64,000 bases of DNA from Rubrivivax sp. (GCA_030681795.1 JAUXRG010000064.1:80483-144482), one strand, 5' to 3'; positions 46,062 through 54,341 are shown, numbered from the stretch's first letter. Notes: generated by a model from the letters alone, not told the origin. Translations and numbers: made by a program.

Positions 46062-46461
46062 TCAGAGGATCCGCTTGCGCGCCTGCGTCACCAGCACCTC
46101 GGCGGCGATGACCACCGCGAACACCGACACCAGCACCATGGCCACGCGCGGCCACTGGAAGAGGTTGAGCGCGGTGTCCAGCACCATGCCGATGCCGCCA
46201 GCGCCCACCAGGCCCAGCACGCCGGACTCGCGCACGTTGATGTCCCAGCCCTTGATGGCAAAAGGCACGGCACCGGCGATGTTCACCGCAAAGGCCGTGG
46301 GGCCGGTGGAAAAACCCGCCACATGCAGGCGGCCGGCGCGCATGGCTTCGATCTGCGCGGCGTTGCTCTGCACGGTTCGGGCGGGCGTTCTGCGTCAATG
46401 CGGCTTGGGCGCCGGCCAGCGCACTCAGGGTCAGCAGCAGCTTGAAGGTCGGGTTCTTCGT
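46062..46461 (-). pseudogene. Decayed phosphonate/phosphite ABC transporter locus: phnD-like fragments fused to the phnE-like C-terminus
   Basis: Track ORF 46062..46373(-) reads ..QSNAAQIEAMRAGRLHVAGFSTGPTAFAVNIAGAVPFAIKG (binding-protein-like). This joins directly to ..INVRESGVLGLVGAGGIGMVLDTALNLFQWPRVAMVLVSVFAVVIAAEVLVTQARKRIL (permease C-terminus). Upstream in another frame is a signal-peptide-like TKNPTFKLLLTLSALAGAQAA, with ACG where ATG is expected and a GGAG 9 nt upstream. Confidence 0.6.
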
Positions 46462-46834
46462 GGGGGGCCGCTCCGAGTCGGGTAACGGGTGTGCCGGCGG
46501 TTGCGGATGTGCAGCCGCCGCGCAGACACCAAGCATGAACCCCGGCATCGACGGCGATGAAGCGGCGCAGGGCGACGGCGTCGACGTGGTGGTGCGCCGC
46601 TGTCCAACCGCGAGGTGATGGCGCGCGCGCTGCTGTGGCAGACGCTGTCCCTCCAGCTGGCGCTGGTGCTGGCGGCAGCGGCGACTTCGCCGGGCCGCCC
46701 TGACGCCCTCCGGGCGCCCTGTTCTGCATGCACGGGAGTCCCCGGTGAGAGTCCCGAGTGCAGGGGGTTTGAATTTCAGAGGACAATACAGCATTCATGA
46801 CTTCCAGGGCAGCTCACCCTGGCATCCGCCCGCC

Positions 46835-47086
46835 ATGACGACCCGCCGCACGCCTCCTGCTTCAGAATCCACGCCCGGGCCCAAGCTGCGACAAACGCAG
46901 GCCGAGTACACCGCGGCGCGCCCCAACGCCGAACCCGGGGTCCGGCCGATGATGTCCAGCTCGAAGATGTACGTGTGCATCCGCTGCCACGCCAATTTCA
47001 AGACCGGTGATGGAAAACCCGATCCACGCCTGCGTGGCCTGGGACGTTGCAATGCCTGCCTGGGCATCACCGTCCCGGCGCCCTGA
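46835..47086 (+). CDS. Hypothetical small zinc-ribbon protein (very uncertain; shorter start at 46949 possible)
   Basis: The ORF contains ..KMYVCIRCHANFKTGDGKPDPRLRGLGRCNACLG.. (CxxC-N19-CxxC). Third-codon positions are visibly less GC-biased than in neighbouring genes. I recognise no RBS and no homologue. Confidence 0.2.
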   Translation: MTTRRTPPASESTPGPKLRQTQAEYTAARPNAEPGVRPMMSSSKMYVCIRCHANFKTGDGKPDPRLRGLGRCNACLGITVPAP

Positions 47087-47136
47087 TCGACCGCTTTCAC
47101 TTCCCCGTCCATCCCACCCTACGGAGATCCTGTCCC

Positions 47137-47448
47137 ATGTCGAAAACCAATCGTCGCACCTTCCTGTTCCGAGTGGCCGCCGCGGGCACGGCGTTGGCCG
47201 CCAGCCAGGTGCAGGCCCAGGCCGTCAAGCTCAGCGAAAAGGATCCCCAGGCCGTGGCCCTGGGTTACGTCGAAGCCACGGCCAAGGCCGACGCCAAGAA
47301 GTTCCCCAAGCACACGAATGACCAGAAGTGCAGCAACTGCGCGCTGTACCAGGGCAAGGCCACCGACGCCAGCGCCGGGTGCCCACTGTTCGGTACCAAG
47401 CAGGTCGTCGCGGGCGGCTGGTGCAGCGCCTGGGCCAAGAAGGCCTGA
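47137..47448 (+). CDS. hip: High-potential iron-sulfur protein (HiPIP)
   Basis: ATG at 47137 with a GGAGA RBS. Tat signal (..NRRTFLFRVAAAGTALAASQVQA) and the four-Cys pattern ..CSNCALY..GCPLF..GGWCSAW... 103 aa. Confidence 0.92.
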   Translation: MSKTNRRTFLFRVAAAGTALAASQVQAQAVKLSEKDPQAVALGYVEATAKADAKKFPKHTNDQKCSNCALYQGKATDASAGCPLFGTKQVVAGGWCSAWAKKA

Positions 47449-47466
47449 CCGGGATCGGTTCGTGAA

Positions 47467-47518
47467 CCAGGCGCACCCGGCGCCTGGTCTGGCAAGGGCC
47501 CCGCAAGGGGCCTTTTTC
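47467..47518 (+). terminator. Tandem hairpins; the second is a rho-independent terminator after the HiPIP gene
   Basis: Hairpin 1 is CCAGGCGC-ACCCG-GCGCCTGG (47467-47487). Hairpin 2 is GGCCCC-GCAA-GGGGCC (47497-47512), followed by TTTTT (47513-47517). Confidence 0.7.
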
Positions 47519-47548
47519 ATTGGGCGAGCTCGCCCACTGCGGCACCCC

Positions 47549-48670
47549 TCAGGGGGCCAGCAGCGTCACCACATGTTCCCCGATGGCGAGCGCCGCGGTC
47601 AGGCCGGGTGACTCGATGCCGAACAGGTTGACGAGCCCGGGCACGCCATGGACCGCGGGGCCGTCGATGCGGAAGTCAGGCGCCGGCTCGTCCGGGCCGT
47701 GGATCTTGGGACGCACGCCGCTGTAGCCGGGTTGCAGCGCGCCGGCTGGCAAGCCAGGCCAGTAGCGTCGGATGGCCTCCTCGAAGCCCTGCGCGCGGGC
47801 CGGGTCGACGGCGTAGTCGATGTCCCGCGGCGACTCGGCCGCCAGCCACTCGAAATCGGGCCCGAACCGGGCCTGGCCCGCGAGGTCCAGCGTCAGGTGC
47901 ACGCCGAGCCAGGCATCCGTGGGCGCCGGGTAGACCAGGCGTGCGAAGGGCGCTCGGCCGGTGAGCGTGAAATAGCTGCCCTTGGCGTAACGCGCCTGCG
48001 GCACGTGCCCAGGCGCCAGCCCCTGGAAGCGGCGCGCCAGAGGGCAGGCCTGCAAGCCGGCCGCATTGACGACACAGCCGGCTTCGATCTCCAGTTCACC
48101 GTCGGGCGAGGCCACGCTGACCACCGCGCCACGCCCACCGCGAAAACAGGCGGCCTGCACGGTCGACTGCACGGCCACCACGCCGCCGGCGCGTTCCAGA
48201 TCGCCTTGCAGCGCCAGCATCAAGGCGTGGCTGTCGACAATGCCGGTGCTCGGCGACAAGAGCGCTGCCGTGCAGTGCAGCTCGGGCTCGAGCACCCGGG
48301 CTTGCGCAGCCGTCAAGGCTTGCACCGGAACGCCATTGGCGGCGGCGCGCTGCTGCAGCACGGCCAGGGCCGCATGCTGATCCGGCAGGGTCGCGACCAC
48401 CAGCTTGCCGCAGACCGCATGCGGCACGCCGTGGCTGGCGGCAAAGGCGTACAGCCGTTCCTTGCCACGGACGCACAGCCTGGCCTTGAGCGAGCCCGGG
48501 GGGTAGTACAGCCCGGCGTGGACGACTTCGCTGTTGCGTGAGCTCACCCCTTGGCCGATGCCCTCCAGCGCCTCCACCACGATGGTCTCGCGGCCGGCCC
48601 TCGCCAGGGCCCGCCCGACGGCCAGGCCGACGACGCCGGCCCCGATCACCAGGCTATCGATGCGCTCCAC
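47549..48670 (-). CDS. FAD-dependent oxidoreductase, L-2-hydroxyglutarate oxidase/dehydrogenase (LhgO)-like
   Basis: 373 aa with an N-terminal dinucleotide motif ..VIGAGVVGLAVG.. and C-terminal ..GIESPGLTAALAIG.., typical of this DAO-superfamily branch. Confidence 0.8.
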   Translation of the reverse strand: MERIDSLVIGAGVVGLAVGRALARAGRETIVVEALEGIGQGVSSRNSEVVHAGLYYPPGSLKARLCVRGKERLYAFAASHGVPHAVCGKLVVATLPDQHAALAVLQQRAAANGVPVQALTAAQARVLEPELHCTAALLSPSTGIVDSHALMLALQGDLERAGGVVAVQSTVQAACFRGGRGAVVSVASPDGELEIEAGCVVNAAGLQACPLARRFQGLAPGHVPQARYAKGSYFTLTGRAPFARLVYPAPTDAWLGVHLTLDLAGQARFGPDFEWLAAESPRDIDYAVDPARAQGFEEAIRRYWPGLPAGALQPGYSGVRPKIHGPDEPAPDFRIDGPAVHGVPGLVNLFGIESPGLTAALAIGEHVVTLLAP

Positions 48671-48699
48671 GGTTTGTGCCTTGCTGGGCTTTCATGGCT

Positions 48700-50169
48700 T
48701 CAGCGCGGCACCACGAAGGTCGACTTTTCCTTTACCTTCGCCGCCTCGTGATGCCCCTGCAACGCCGTCCGCTCGATTTCGAAGTGAATGGGGTGGGCCC
48801 CAGGCCCCGCTTGCTGGGCCGCCTCGAAGGGGACGCGCACGCCCAGCGTGATCCAGCGCGCTTCGGCCGGCGCCACCGTCACCTCGACAGGGGACTCCAT
48901 TGCGATGCGCGGCAGGCCCTCGACAGTCACACGGTAGGTCTGGGGCTGCTCCTGGTTGTTCATGAGCTGCAGCCGGTAGACGTTCTCGACCATGCCGCTC
49001 TCGACGACGCGCGCCAGCGCCCCACGGTCACGCACCACGTTGGCACGGAAGGGGTCGCGCAAGGCGACGCTGACCGCGAAGGCGGTGCAGATCAGCACGA
49101 GGATCGCGGTGTAGACGATCACGCGCGGGCGCAGGATGCGCGCGATCATCTGCTTGCGGTCGAAGTGCTGTGCCAGGCTGTTCTGCGTGGCGTAGCGGAT
49201 CAGGCCCCGCGGGTAGTTCATCTTGTCCATCACGCCGTCGCAGACGTCGATGCAGGCGGCGCAACCTATGCATTCGTACTGCAGCCCCTCGCGGATATCG
49301 ATGCCCGTGGGGCAAACGTGGATGCACAGATTGCAGTCGACGCAGGTACCCAGGCCGAGCTTGCCTGGATCGGCCTTGCGCGAGCGCGCACCGCGAGGCT
49401 CGCCACGTTCGGCGTCGTAGCTGATGATGAGGGTGTCCTTGTCGAACATCGCGCTCTGGAAGCGCGCGTACGGGCACATGTACTTGCAGACCTGCTCGCG
49501 CATGAACCCGGCGTTGCCGTAGGTGGCCAGGCCGTAGAACATCACCCAGAACCACTCCCAGGGGCCGAATCCCAGCGTCATGGCGGACTCGGTCAACGAC
49601 CTGATCGGCGTGAAGTAGCCGACAAAGGTGAACCCGGTGAACAGCCCGAAGGCCAGCCAGACGAGCTGCTTGCAGCCCTTGCGCAAGATCTTGTTGCCAT
49701 TCCACGGGCCGGCGTCGAGCTTTATGCGCTGGTTGCGATCGCCCTCGAGCTTGCGCTCGAACCACATGAAGATCTCCGTATACACGGTCTGCGGGCACGC
49801 GTAGCCACACCACAGCCGCCCGGCCACGGCGGTGAAGAGGAACAGCACATAGGCCGAGATCATCAGCAGGGCCGTGAGGTAGATCAGATCCTGCGGGTAC
49901 AGGATCAGGCCGAAGACGTAGAAGCGCCTGGTGGTCAGGTCGAACAGCAACGCCTGACGGTCGTTCCACATCAGCCAGGGCAGCCCGTAGAACAGCAACT
50001 GCGTGGCCCAGACCAGTCCCCAACGCCAGGCGGCAAACGTGCCGGTGACGGCCCGCGCGTAGATCTTCCTGTGCTTCTGGTAGAGCGATATCACGGTGGC
50101 CGTGCTGTCGCCGTCAGTCGCAACGTCGCCCTCAGGCAGGGCCGGTGGTATAGGGGTACGGGTATTCAT
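48700..50169 (-). CDS. ccoG: Cytochrome c oxidase accessory protein CcoG/FixG (4Fe-4S ferredoxin-type membrane protein)
   Basis: 489 aa with N-terminal TM helices, ..YACPQTVYTE.., ..CKYMCPYARFQ.., and ferredoxin motifs CVDCNLCIHVCP and CIGCAACIDVC. Confidence 0.9.
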   Translation of the reverse strand: MNTRTPIPPALPEGDVATDGDSTATVISLYQKHRKIYARAVTGTFAAWRWGLVWATQLLFYGLPWLMWNDRQALLFDLTTRRFYVFGLILYPQDLIYLTALLMISAYVLFLFTAVAGRLWCGYACPQTVYTEIFMWFERKLEGDRNQRIKLDAGPWNGNKILRKGCKQLVWLAFGLFTGFTFVGYFTPIRSLTESAMTLGFGPWEWFWVMFYGLATYGNAGFMREQVCKYMCPYARFQSAMFDKDTLIISYDAERGEPRGARSRKADPGKLGLGTCVDCNLCIHVCPTGIDIREGLQYECIGCAACIDVCDGVMDKMNYPRGLIRYATQNSLAQHFDRKQMIARILRPRVIVYTAILVLICTAFAVSVALRDPFRANVVRDRGALARVVESGMVENVYRLQLMNNQEQPQTYRVTVEGLPRIAMESPVEVTVAPAEARWITLGVRVPFEAAQQAGPGAHPIHFEIERTALQGHHEAAKVKEKSTFVVPR

Positions 50170-50384
50170 CGTGAGTCAGATTCTGCCTTGGCTGTGACGC
50201 CAAGACACTGCGCCGGCGCAAATTCAGGAGGCTTGCGCCCCGCTCCCGTGGCCGCGCCGGTCGCGGCTCGGCCCTGATTTCGTCAGAGCAGAATTCTGTG
50301 CGCGAGCAATGATCCAACGAAGCAGATCACCCGTTTGCGGAGGAGCGCCGCGGGCCACCCTGGGCGTGGCCGCCCTCACCTCGC

Positions 50385-51377
50385 TCACCGCTCGCCTTGC
50401 CGCTCCATCAACAGGTAGGTGTTGTAGGCGTTCATGCGGTTGGCCGCGCGGAACAAGGGCAGTGCCTCGAAGCGCGACCAGTCGGCCTTGGCATAGGCCT
50501 CGTCGAAAGGCTCCATGTTCCGTGCCGCCTCGCCCATGGTGCGGCGCAGGTGGACGAGGTAATCGCGGGTCAGCGTGAGGTCGGCGATCGGGTCGGTGGA
50601 GGCCGGCCCATGCCCAGGAATCACCAGCCGCGGGCCCAGTTCGATCACGCGCTCCAGCGAAGCAATCCACGATCGACTGTCGGCCTGCCCGACGAAGGGG
50701 ATTCGGCCACGAAAGAAGAGGTCGCCCGCGAACAGGACGCCGAGCCGCGGCACATACACCATCACGTCTTCGGGCGTGTGCGCGGGCCCGACATGCCGAA
50801 TCAGAATGTCGAACGAGCCCATGCGAAGGCGCGTCTCGTCGCCGGCCAGCCAACGGTCGGCGTTGACCAGGCGCGTATTCCGATCGACCCAGGGCGCCAG
50901 TTCCTGGCGGCTGGCTTCGAGACGGCGCTGCGCCGTCTCGGAGGCCAGGTACTCGCGCGCGGCCCGGTGGGCCAGGATCTTGGCGCCCGCGGCCTGAAAG
51001 ACCTGCAGACCGTAGATGTGGTCGGCATGGTAGTGGGTGGCGACCACGTAGCGCACCGGCTGGCTCGTCACGCGTCGGATCTCGGCGAGCAACTCCCGGG
51101 CGAGCACCGGCGAGCCCAGGGCGTCGACCACCAGCACGCCGTCGTCGGTGACCACGAAAGCGGCATTCGAGATGAAGTTGCGGTTGGCGCTGCTGCCCAA
51201 AGCCGCGTCGCCCTGGGCCAACCAGACACCCGGTGCGAGCTCCTGCGCCGTGACCGGCTTTTGCGCCTGCGCGGCGACCGACAAGCTCAGGCCGACCAGC
51301 AGCACCCAGCCGAACTGGATCGCCCAATCCGCCCACGCACACAGCCGCTGAATTGCGGGTAAGCGCCTAATTGCCAT
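50385..51377 (-). CDS. Exported MBL-fold metallo-hydrolase (SoxH-like)
   Basis: 330 aa with a signal peptide (..LLVGLSLSVAAQAQ), an HxHxDH motif (..THYHADHIYG..), and later His/Asp ligands (..HVGPAHTPED.., ..PGHGP..). Confidence 0.8.
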   Translation of the reverse strand: MAIRRLPAIQRLCAWADWAIQFGWVLLVGLSLSVAAQAQKPVTAQELAPGVWLAQGDAALGSSANRNFISNAAFVVTDDGVLVVDALGSPVLARELLAEIRRVTSQPVRYVVATHYHADHIYGLQVFQAAGAKILAHRAAREYLASETAQRRLEASRQELAPWVDRNTRLVNADRWLAGDETRLRMGSFDILIRHVGPAHTPEDVMVYVPRLGVLFAGDLFFRGRIPFVGQADSRSWIASLERVIELGPRLVIPGHGPASTDPIADLTLTRDYLVHLRRTMGEAARNMEPFDEAYAKADWSRFEALPLFRAANRMNAYNTYLLMERQGER

Positions 51378-51525
51378 GACTGAATCTAGACCAGAATGCC
51401 GCCGCTGGTGCTCGGGGCCAGCCCTAGGCTGCAGCAGTCACCCTGCCCTCGCGTCGCCAGGCGGAGGGATGCCTCAGCCGGGATCGCGCGGCGCCATGAA
51501 TGGTCCATCGAACAGGAGACAAGAC

Positions 51526-51849
51526 ATGCATGCACCGCTCCACTGGCCCAGCGGCCTGGCGCTACTCGTGGCTGCGGCCGCCTGGCCTTCGACGGCCACG
51601 GCCCAGGACCCGCTTCAGGCACGCAACCTGGCCGCCACCTGTGCCAACTGCCACGGCACGAACGGCCAGGCCCGGGGCGACATGAAGCCGCTGGCGGGCA
51701 TGTCAGCGGAAAAAATGTTTGCGCAGGTCGCGGATTTCAAGAGCGGCGCACAGCCCGCGACGGTCATGCACCAGATTGCCAAGGGTTATACCGACGAGCA
51801 GCTCAAGCTGATTGCCGGCTTTTTCGCCGTCCAGCAAGTCAAGCCATGA
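51526..51849 (+). CDS. fccA: Monohaem c-type cytochrome subunit of flavocytochrome c sulfide dehydrogenase (FccA/SoxE-like)
   Basis: ATG at 51526 with an AGGAGA RBS. Signal peptide, one CANCH haem site, and ..VMHQIAKGY.. as a Met-ligand region. 107 aa. Confidence 0.85.
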   Translation: MHAPLHWPSGLALLVAAAAWPSTATAQDPLQARNLAATCANCHGTNGQARGDMKPLAGMSAEKMFAQVADFKSGAQPATVMHQIAKGYTDEQLKLIAGFFAVQQVKP

Positions 51850-51860
51850 AGGAGCAGGCC

Positions 51861-53144
51861 ATGTTCGAGCATCGCCCGAGTGAAGTTTCCCGGCGTCGTC
51901 TGCTCGGCGCCGGCGCCGCCCTGGGTGGGCTGGCGTTGGCTGGTTGCGCCAACCTGGGCGCAGGCCCCTCGATCGGCCGCGTCGTCGTGTGCGGCGGCGG
52001 CTTCGGGGGCAGCACGGCGGCGCGCTACCTGAAGCTTTGGGGTGGCAATGTCGACGTCACACTCGTCGAACGCAACGCCAGCTTTGTCTCCTGCCCGATT
52101 TCTAACCTCGTGCTCGGTGGCTACAAGCAGATCTCGGATCTGACCCGCGGCTACGACGGCCTGAAGGCCTTGGGCGTGAAGGTCGTCCAGGGCGAAGTGA
52201 CTGCGATCGACGCCGCGGCCAAGAAGGTGCGCCTGGCCACCGGGCAGGAAATCGCCTACGACCGCCTGGTGCTGTCGCCGGGCATCGACTTCATGTTCGA
52301 TCAAACCCCCGGCCTGCAGGCGGCCGTGGATTCCGGCCGCATCGCGCACGCCTGGAAGGCGGGAGCGCAGACCGTCGCGCTGCGCAAGCAGCTCGAGGCC
52401 ATGCCCGACGGTGGCGTCTTTGCCATCTCGATCCCCAAGGCGCCCTATCGCTGCCCGCCCGGGCCCTACGAACGTGCCTGCATGGTGGCCAGCTACTTCA
52501 AGACAGCCAAGCCCAGGTCCAAGGTGATCGTGCTCGATGCGAACGCCGAAATCGTGTCGAAGAAGGCCTTGTTCGAAAAGGCCTTCGCCCAGCACTACGC
52601 CGGCATCCTCGAATACCGGCCGAACGCCGAACTGAAGGAGATCGCGGGCAACCTGGCCAAGCTCGAATTCGAGGATGTCAAACCCGACGTCCTGAATGTG
52701 GTGCCGCCACAGCGCGCCGGCGATATCGCCCGCAGCGCCGGTCTGGTGAATATGAACAACCGCTGGGTGGGCGTCGATTGGCTGACCATGGAGTCCACCG
52801 CCGCACCAGGCATCCATGTGCTCGGTGACGCCACGTTCTCGGCCCCGCTGATGCCCAAGTCGGGGCACATCGCCAACCAGCAGGCCAAGGTCGCTGCCGC
52901 GGCCATCCTCCAGTTGCTCCAGGGGCAGCCGGTCAACCCCGCGCCGGTGGTGATGAATACCTGCTACAGCTTCGTCACCCCGCGCGACGTGGTCCACGTG
53001 GCCTCGGTGCACCAGTACGCCGCCGCAGAGAAGACGTTCAAGACCGTGCCCGGTTCGGGTGGCGTATCGGTGGCTGCCAATCAGATCGAGGGGCGTTACG
53101 CCCTGTCCTGGGCAGACAACATCTGGCACGACATGCTGGCTTGA
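51861..53144 (+). CDS. fccB: Flavocytochrome c sulfide dehydrogenase flavoprotein subunit (FccB/SoxF-like)
   Basis: ATG at 51861 after GGAG; the alternative ATG at 51846 overlaps the fccA stop. Tat motif SRRRLL, ..VVVCGGGFGGSTAARY.. FAD motif, and ..APYRCPPGPYERA... 427 aa. Confidence 0.9.
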   Translation: MFEHRPSEVSRRRLLGAGAALGGLALAGCANLGAGPSIGRVVVCGGGFGGSTAARYLKLWGGNVDVTLVERNASFVSCPISNLVLGGYKQISDLTRGYDGLKALGVKVVQGEVTAIDAAAKKVRLATGQEIAYDRLVLSPGIDFMFDQTPGLQAAVDSGRIAHAWKAGAQTVALRKQLEAMPDGGVFAISIPKAPYRCPPGPYERACMVASYFKTAKPRSKVIVLDANAEIVSKKALFEKAFAQHYAGILEYRPNAELKEIAGNLAKLEFEDVKPDVLNVVPPQRAGDIARSAGLVNMNNRWVGVDWLTMESTAAPGIHVLGDATFSAPLMPKSGHIANQQAKVAAAAILQLLQGQPVNPAPVVMNTCYSFVTPRDVVHVASVHQYAAAEKTFKTVPGSGGVSVAANQIEGRYALSWADNIWHDMLA

Positions 53145-53207
53145 CGCAACCGCCGCGGCGCACCCGCGCCGGGCCGCCTGCGCAGCTGCGCGGGCCCCGG
53201 TCCGGCG

Positions 53208-53813
53208 CTATTGCAGCCCGCTGAGGAAGGCCGAAACCGCCTTCACCTCGAGCACCGTGAGCTTGCCGGCGATGCCGTGCATCACGGCGTTGTCGTTGGT
53301 GCGCTCGCGCTTGTTGAAGAGCATGAGCTGGTTTTCGATGTATTGCGCATGCTGTCCCGCCAGGCGAGGCAGGTCTTCCGTGCCGTGACCGTTGGCGCCA
53401 TGGCAACCGGCGCAAGCGGCCACGCCGGAGTACGGGTTGCCGCGCAGAAAGACGAAGCGGCCCATCTGGGCCAGATCGTTGTCGTCGGTGGGATGCCCCT
53501 GCGCTTGGCGCGAAGCGAAGTAGGCCCCCAGCGCCTTGAAGTCCTCCGCCGACAAGTCCTCGACCATGGGCTGCATGGTCGTGCTGCGCCGCTTGCCACT
53601 CTTGTAGTCGACCAGTTGACGCGCGACATAGGCCGCGTTCTGACCGGCCAGCCGAGGAAATACCGGGCTCGAACTCTCGCCGGCCGTGCCATGGCACAGG
53701 AAGCACTTGCCCTGCACGATATCTTCCGCCCGCCCGGCCTCCGCGGCCTGAAGGGCAAAGCTGAACAGGGACAGCGAGCAGGCCAATGCGGCCAGAACGG
53801 TGGTCTTGCGCAT
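53208..53813 (-). CDS. Dihaem c-type cytochrome (cytochrome c4-like)
   Basis: ATG at 53813 (MRKTTVLAALACSLSLFSFALQA..). Two CxxCH sites (CFLCH, CAGCH). 201 aa. Confidence 0.88.
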   Translation of the reverse strand: MRKTTVLAALACSLSLFSFALQAAEAGRAEDIVQGKCFLCHGTAGESSSPVFPRLAGQNAAYVARQLVDYKSGKRRSTTMQPMVEDLSAEDFKALGAYFASRQAQGHPTDDNDLAQMGRFVFLRGNPYSGVAACAGCHGANGHGTEDLPRLAGQHAQYIENQLMLFNKRERTNDNAVMHGIAGKLTVLEVKAVSAFLSGLQ

Positions 53814-53889
53814 GGGTGGAATCCTCGGCGTTGCTCGGGCCCGCAGCGCGGGCCCGCGAGAGCGGCCCACGCCCGCAGGCCTGCCGCTG

Positions 53890-54306
53890 TCAGGGCTTGA
53901 TGTAGGCCGAGCCCTGCTTCTGCAGCTTGGCCAGGCGGACCACGCCCGAGGGCGTGAACTCGGCCTCCTGGATGAACTGCTCCTTCTTCAGGTTGCGGTT
54001 CTTCAACGTGATCTCGCAGACTTCGAACTTCACACCGCGCGACACCAATGCGGACACGGGGCCGGCAAAGAGGCTGCCGTTCACGTCCTTGGCACCTTCG
54101 AGCAGGAAGTCCACACCCAGCGCGTGCGTCACCACGGTGATCTTGGCGCCCGGGTCCACGTCGAGGTGGTTGCGGATATTGCGCAGGCCCTTGAGCGCTT
54201 GCTGCGACATGTCGTCGATGTGGTACGCGACCATGTCCTGGGCCCAGGCCGGGGCGGCGCTTGCAGCAATCAGGAAGGCGGCGAGGATCTGACGGAAGGG
54301 GCGCAT
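53890..54306 (-). CDS. Exported DsrE/DsrF-like family protein (single conserved Cys)
   Basis: ATG at 54306 (MRPFRQILAAFLIAASAAPAWAQD..) gives a Sec-type signal. 138 aa with one cysteine, in ..GVKFEVCEITL.., on a DsrE-fold-like alternating pattern. Confidence 0.7.
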   Translation of the reverse strand: MRPFRQILAAFLIAASAAPAWAQDMVAYHIDDMSQQALKGLRNIRNHLDVDPGAKITVVTHALGVDFLLEGAKDVNGSLFAGPVSALVSRGVKFEVCEITLKNRNLKKEQFIQEAEFTPSGVVRLAKLQKQGSAYIKP

Positions 54307-54341
54307 GTCTGTCTCCTGGGCGTGGCTGGGGGGCGGGGCGA

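Noticed and set aside
46534-46800. Short plus-strand frames (MNPGIDGDEAAQGDGVDVVVRR.. then, via a TGATG overlap, MARALLWQTLSLQLALVLAAAA..) that looked like the end of a response regulator and the start of a sensor kinase
   Set aside because: The fragments are too short and diverged to assign by eye. This could equally be chance in GC-rich DNA. I kept it only as part of the unassigned-region finding.
50283-50340. A possible FNR/ANR box upstream of ccoG (TGATC-N10-GATCA at about 50311-50330) and the similar CAGAAT..CTG repeats at 50176 and 50287
   Set aside because: The spacing does not fit the TTGAT-N4-ATCAA consensus, and the half-sites are weak. I cannot support a regulatory call.
53176-53195. 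A GC-rich palindrome (..GCCTGCGCAGCTGCGCGGGC..) between convergent fccB and the dihaem cytochrome gene, considered as a bidirectional terminator
   Set aside because: A stable stem is possible, but there is no T-tract on either strand, so I did not list it as a terminator. It may still act as an RNA-stabilising or rho-dependent element.
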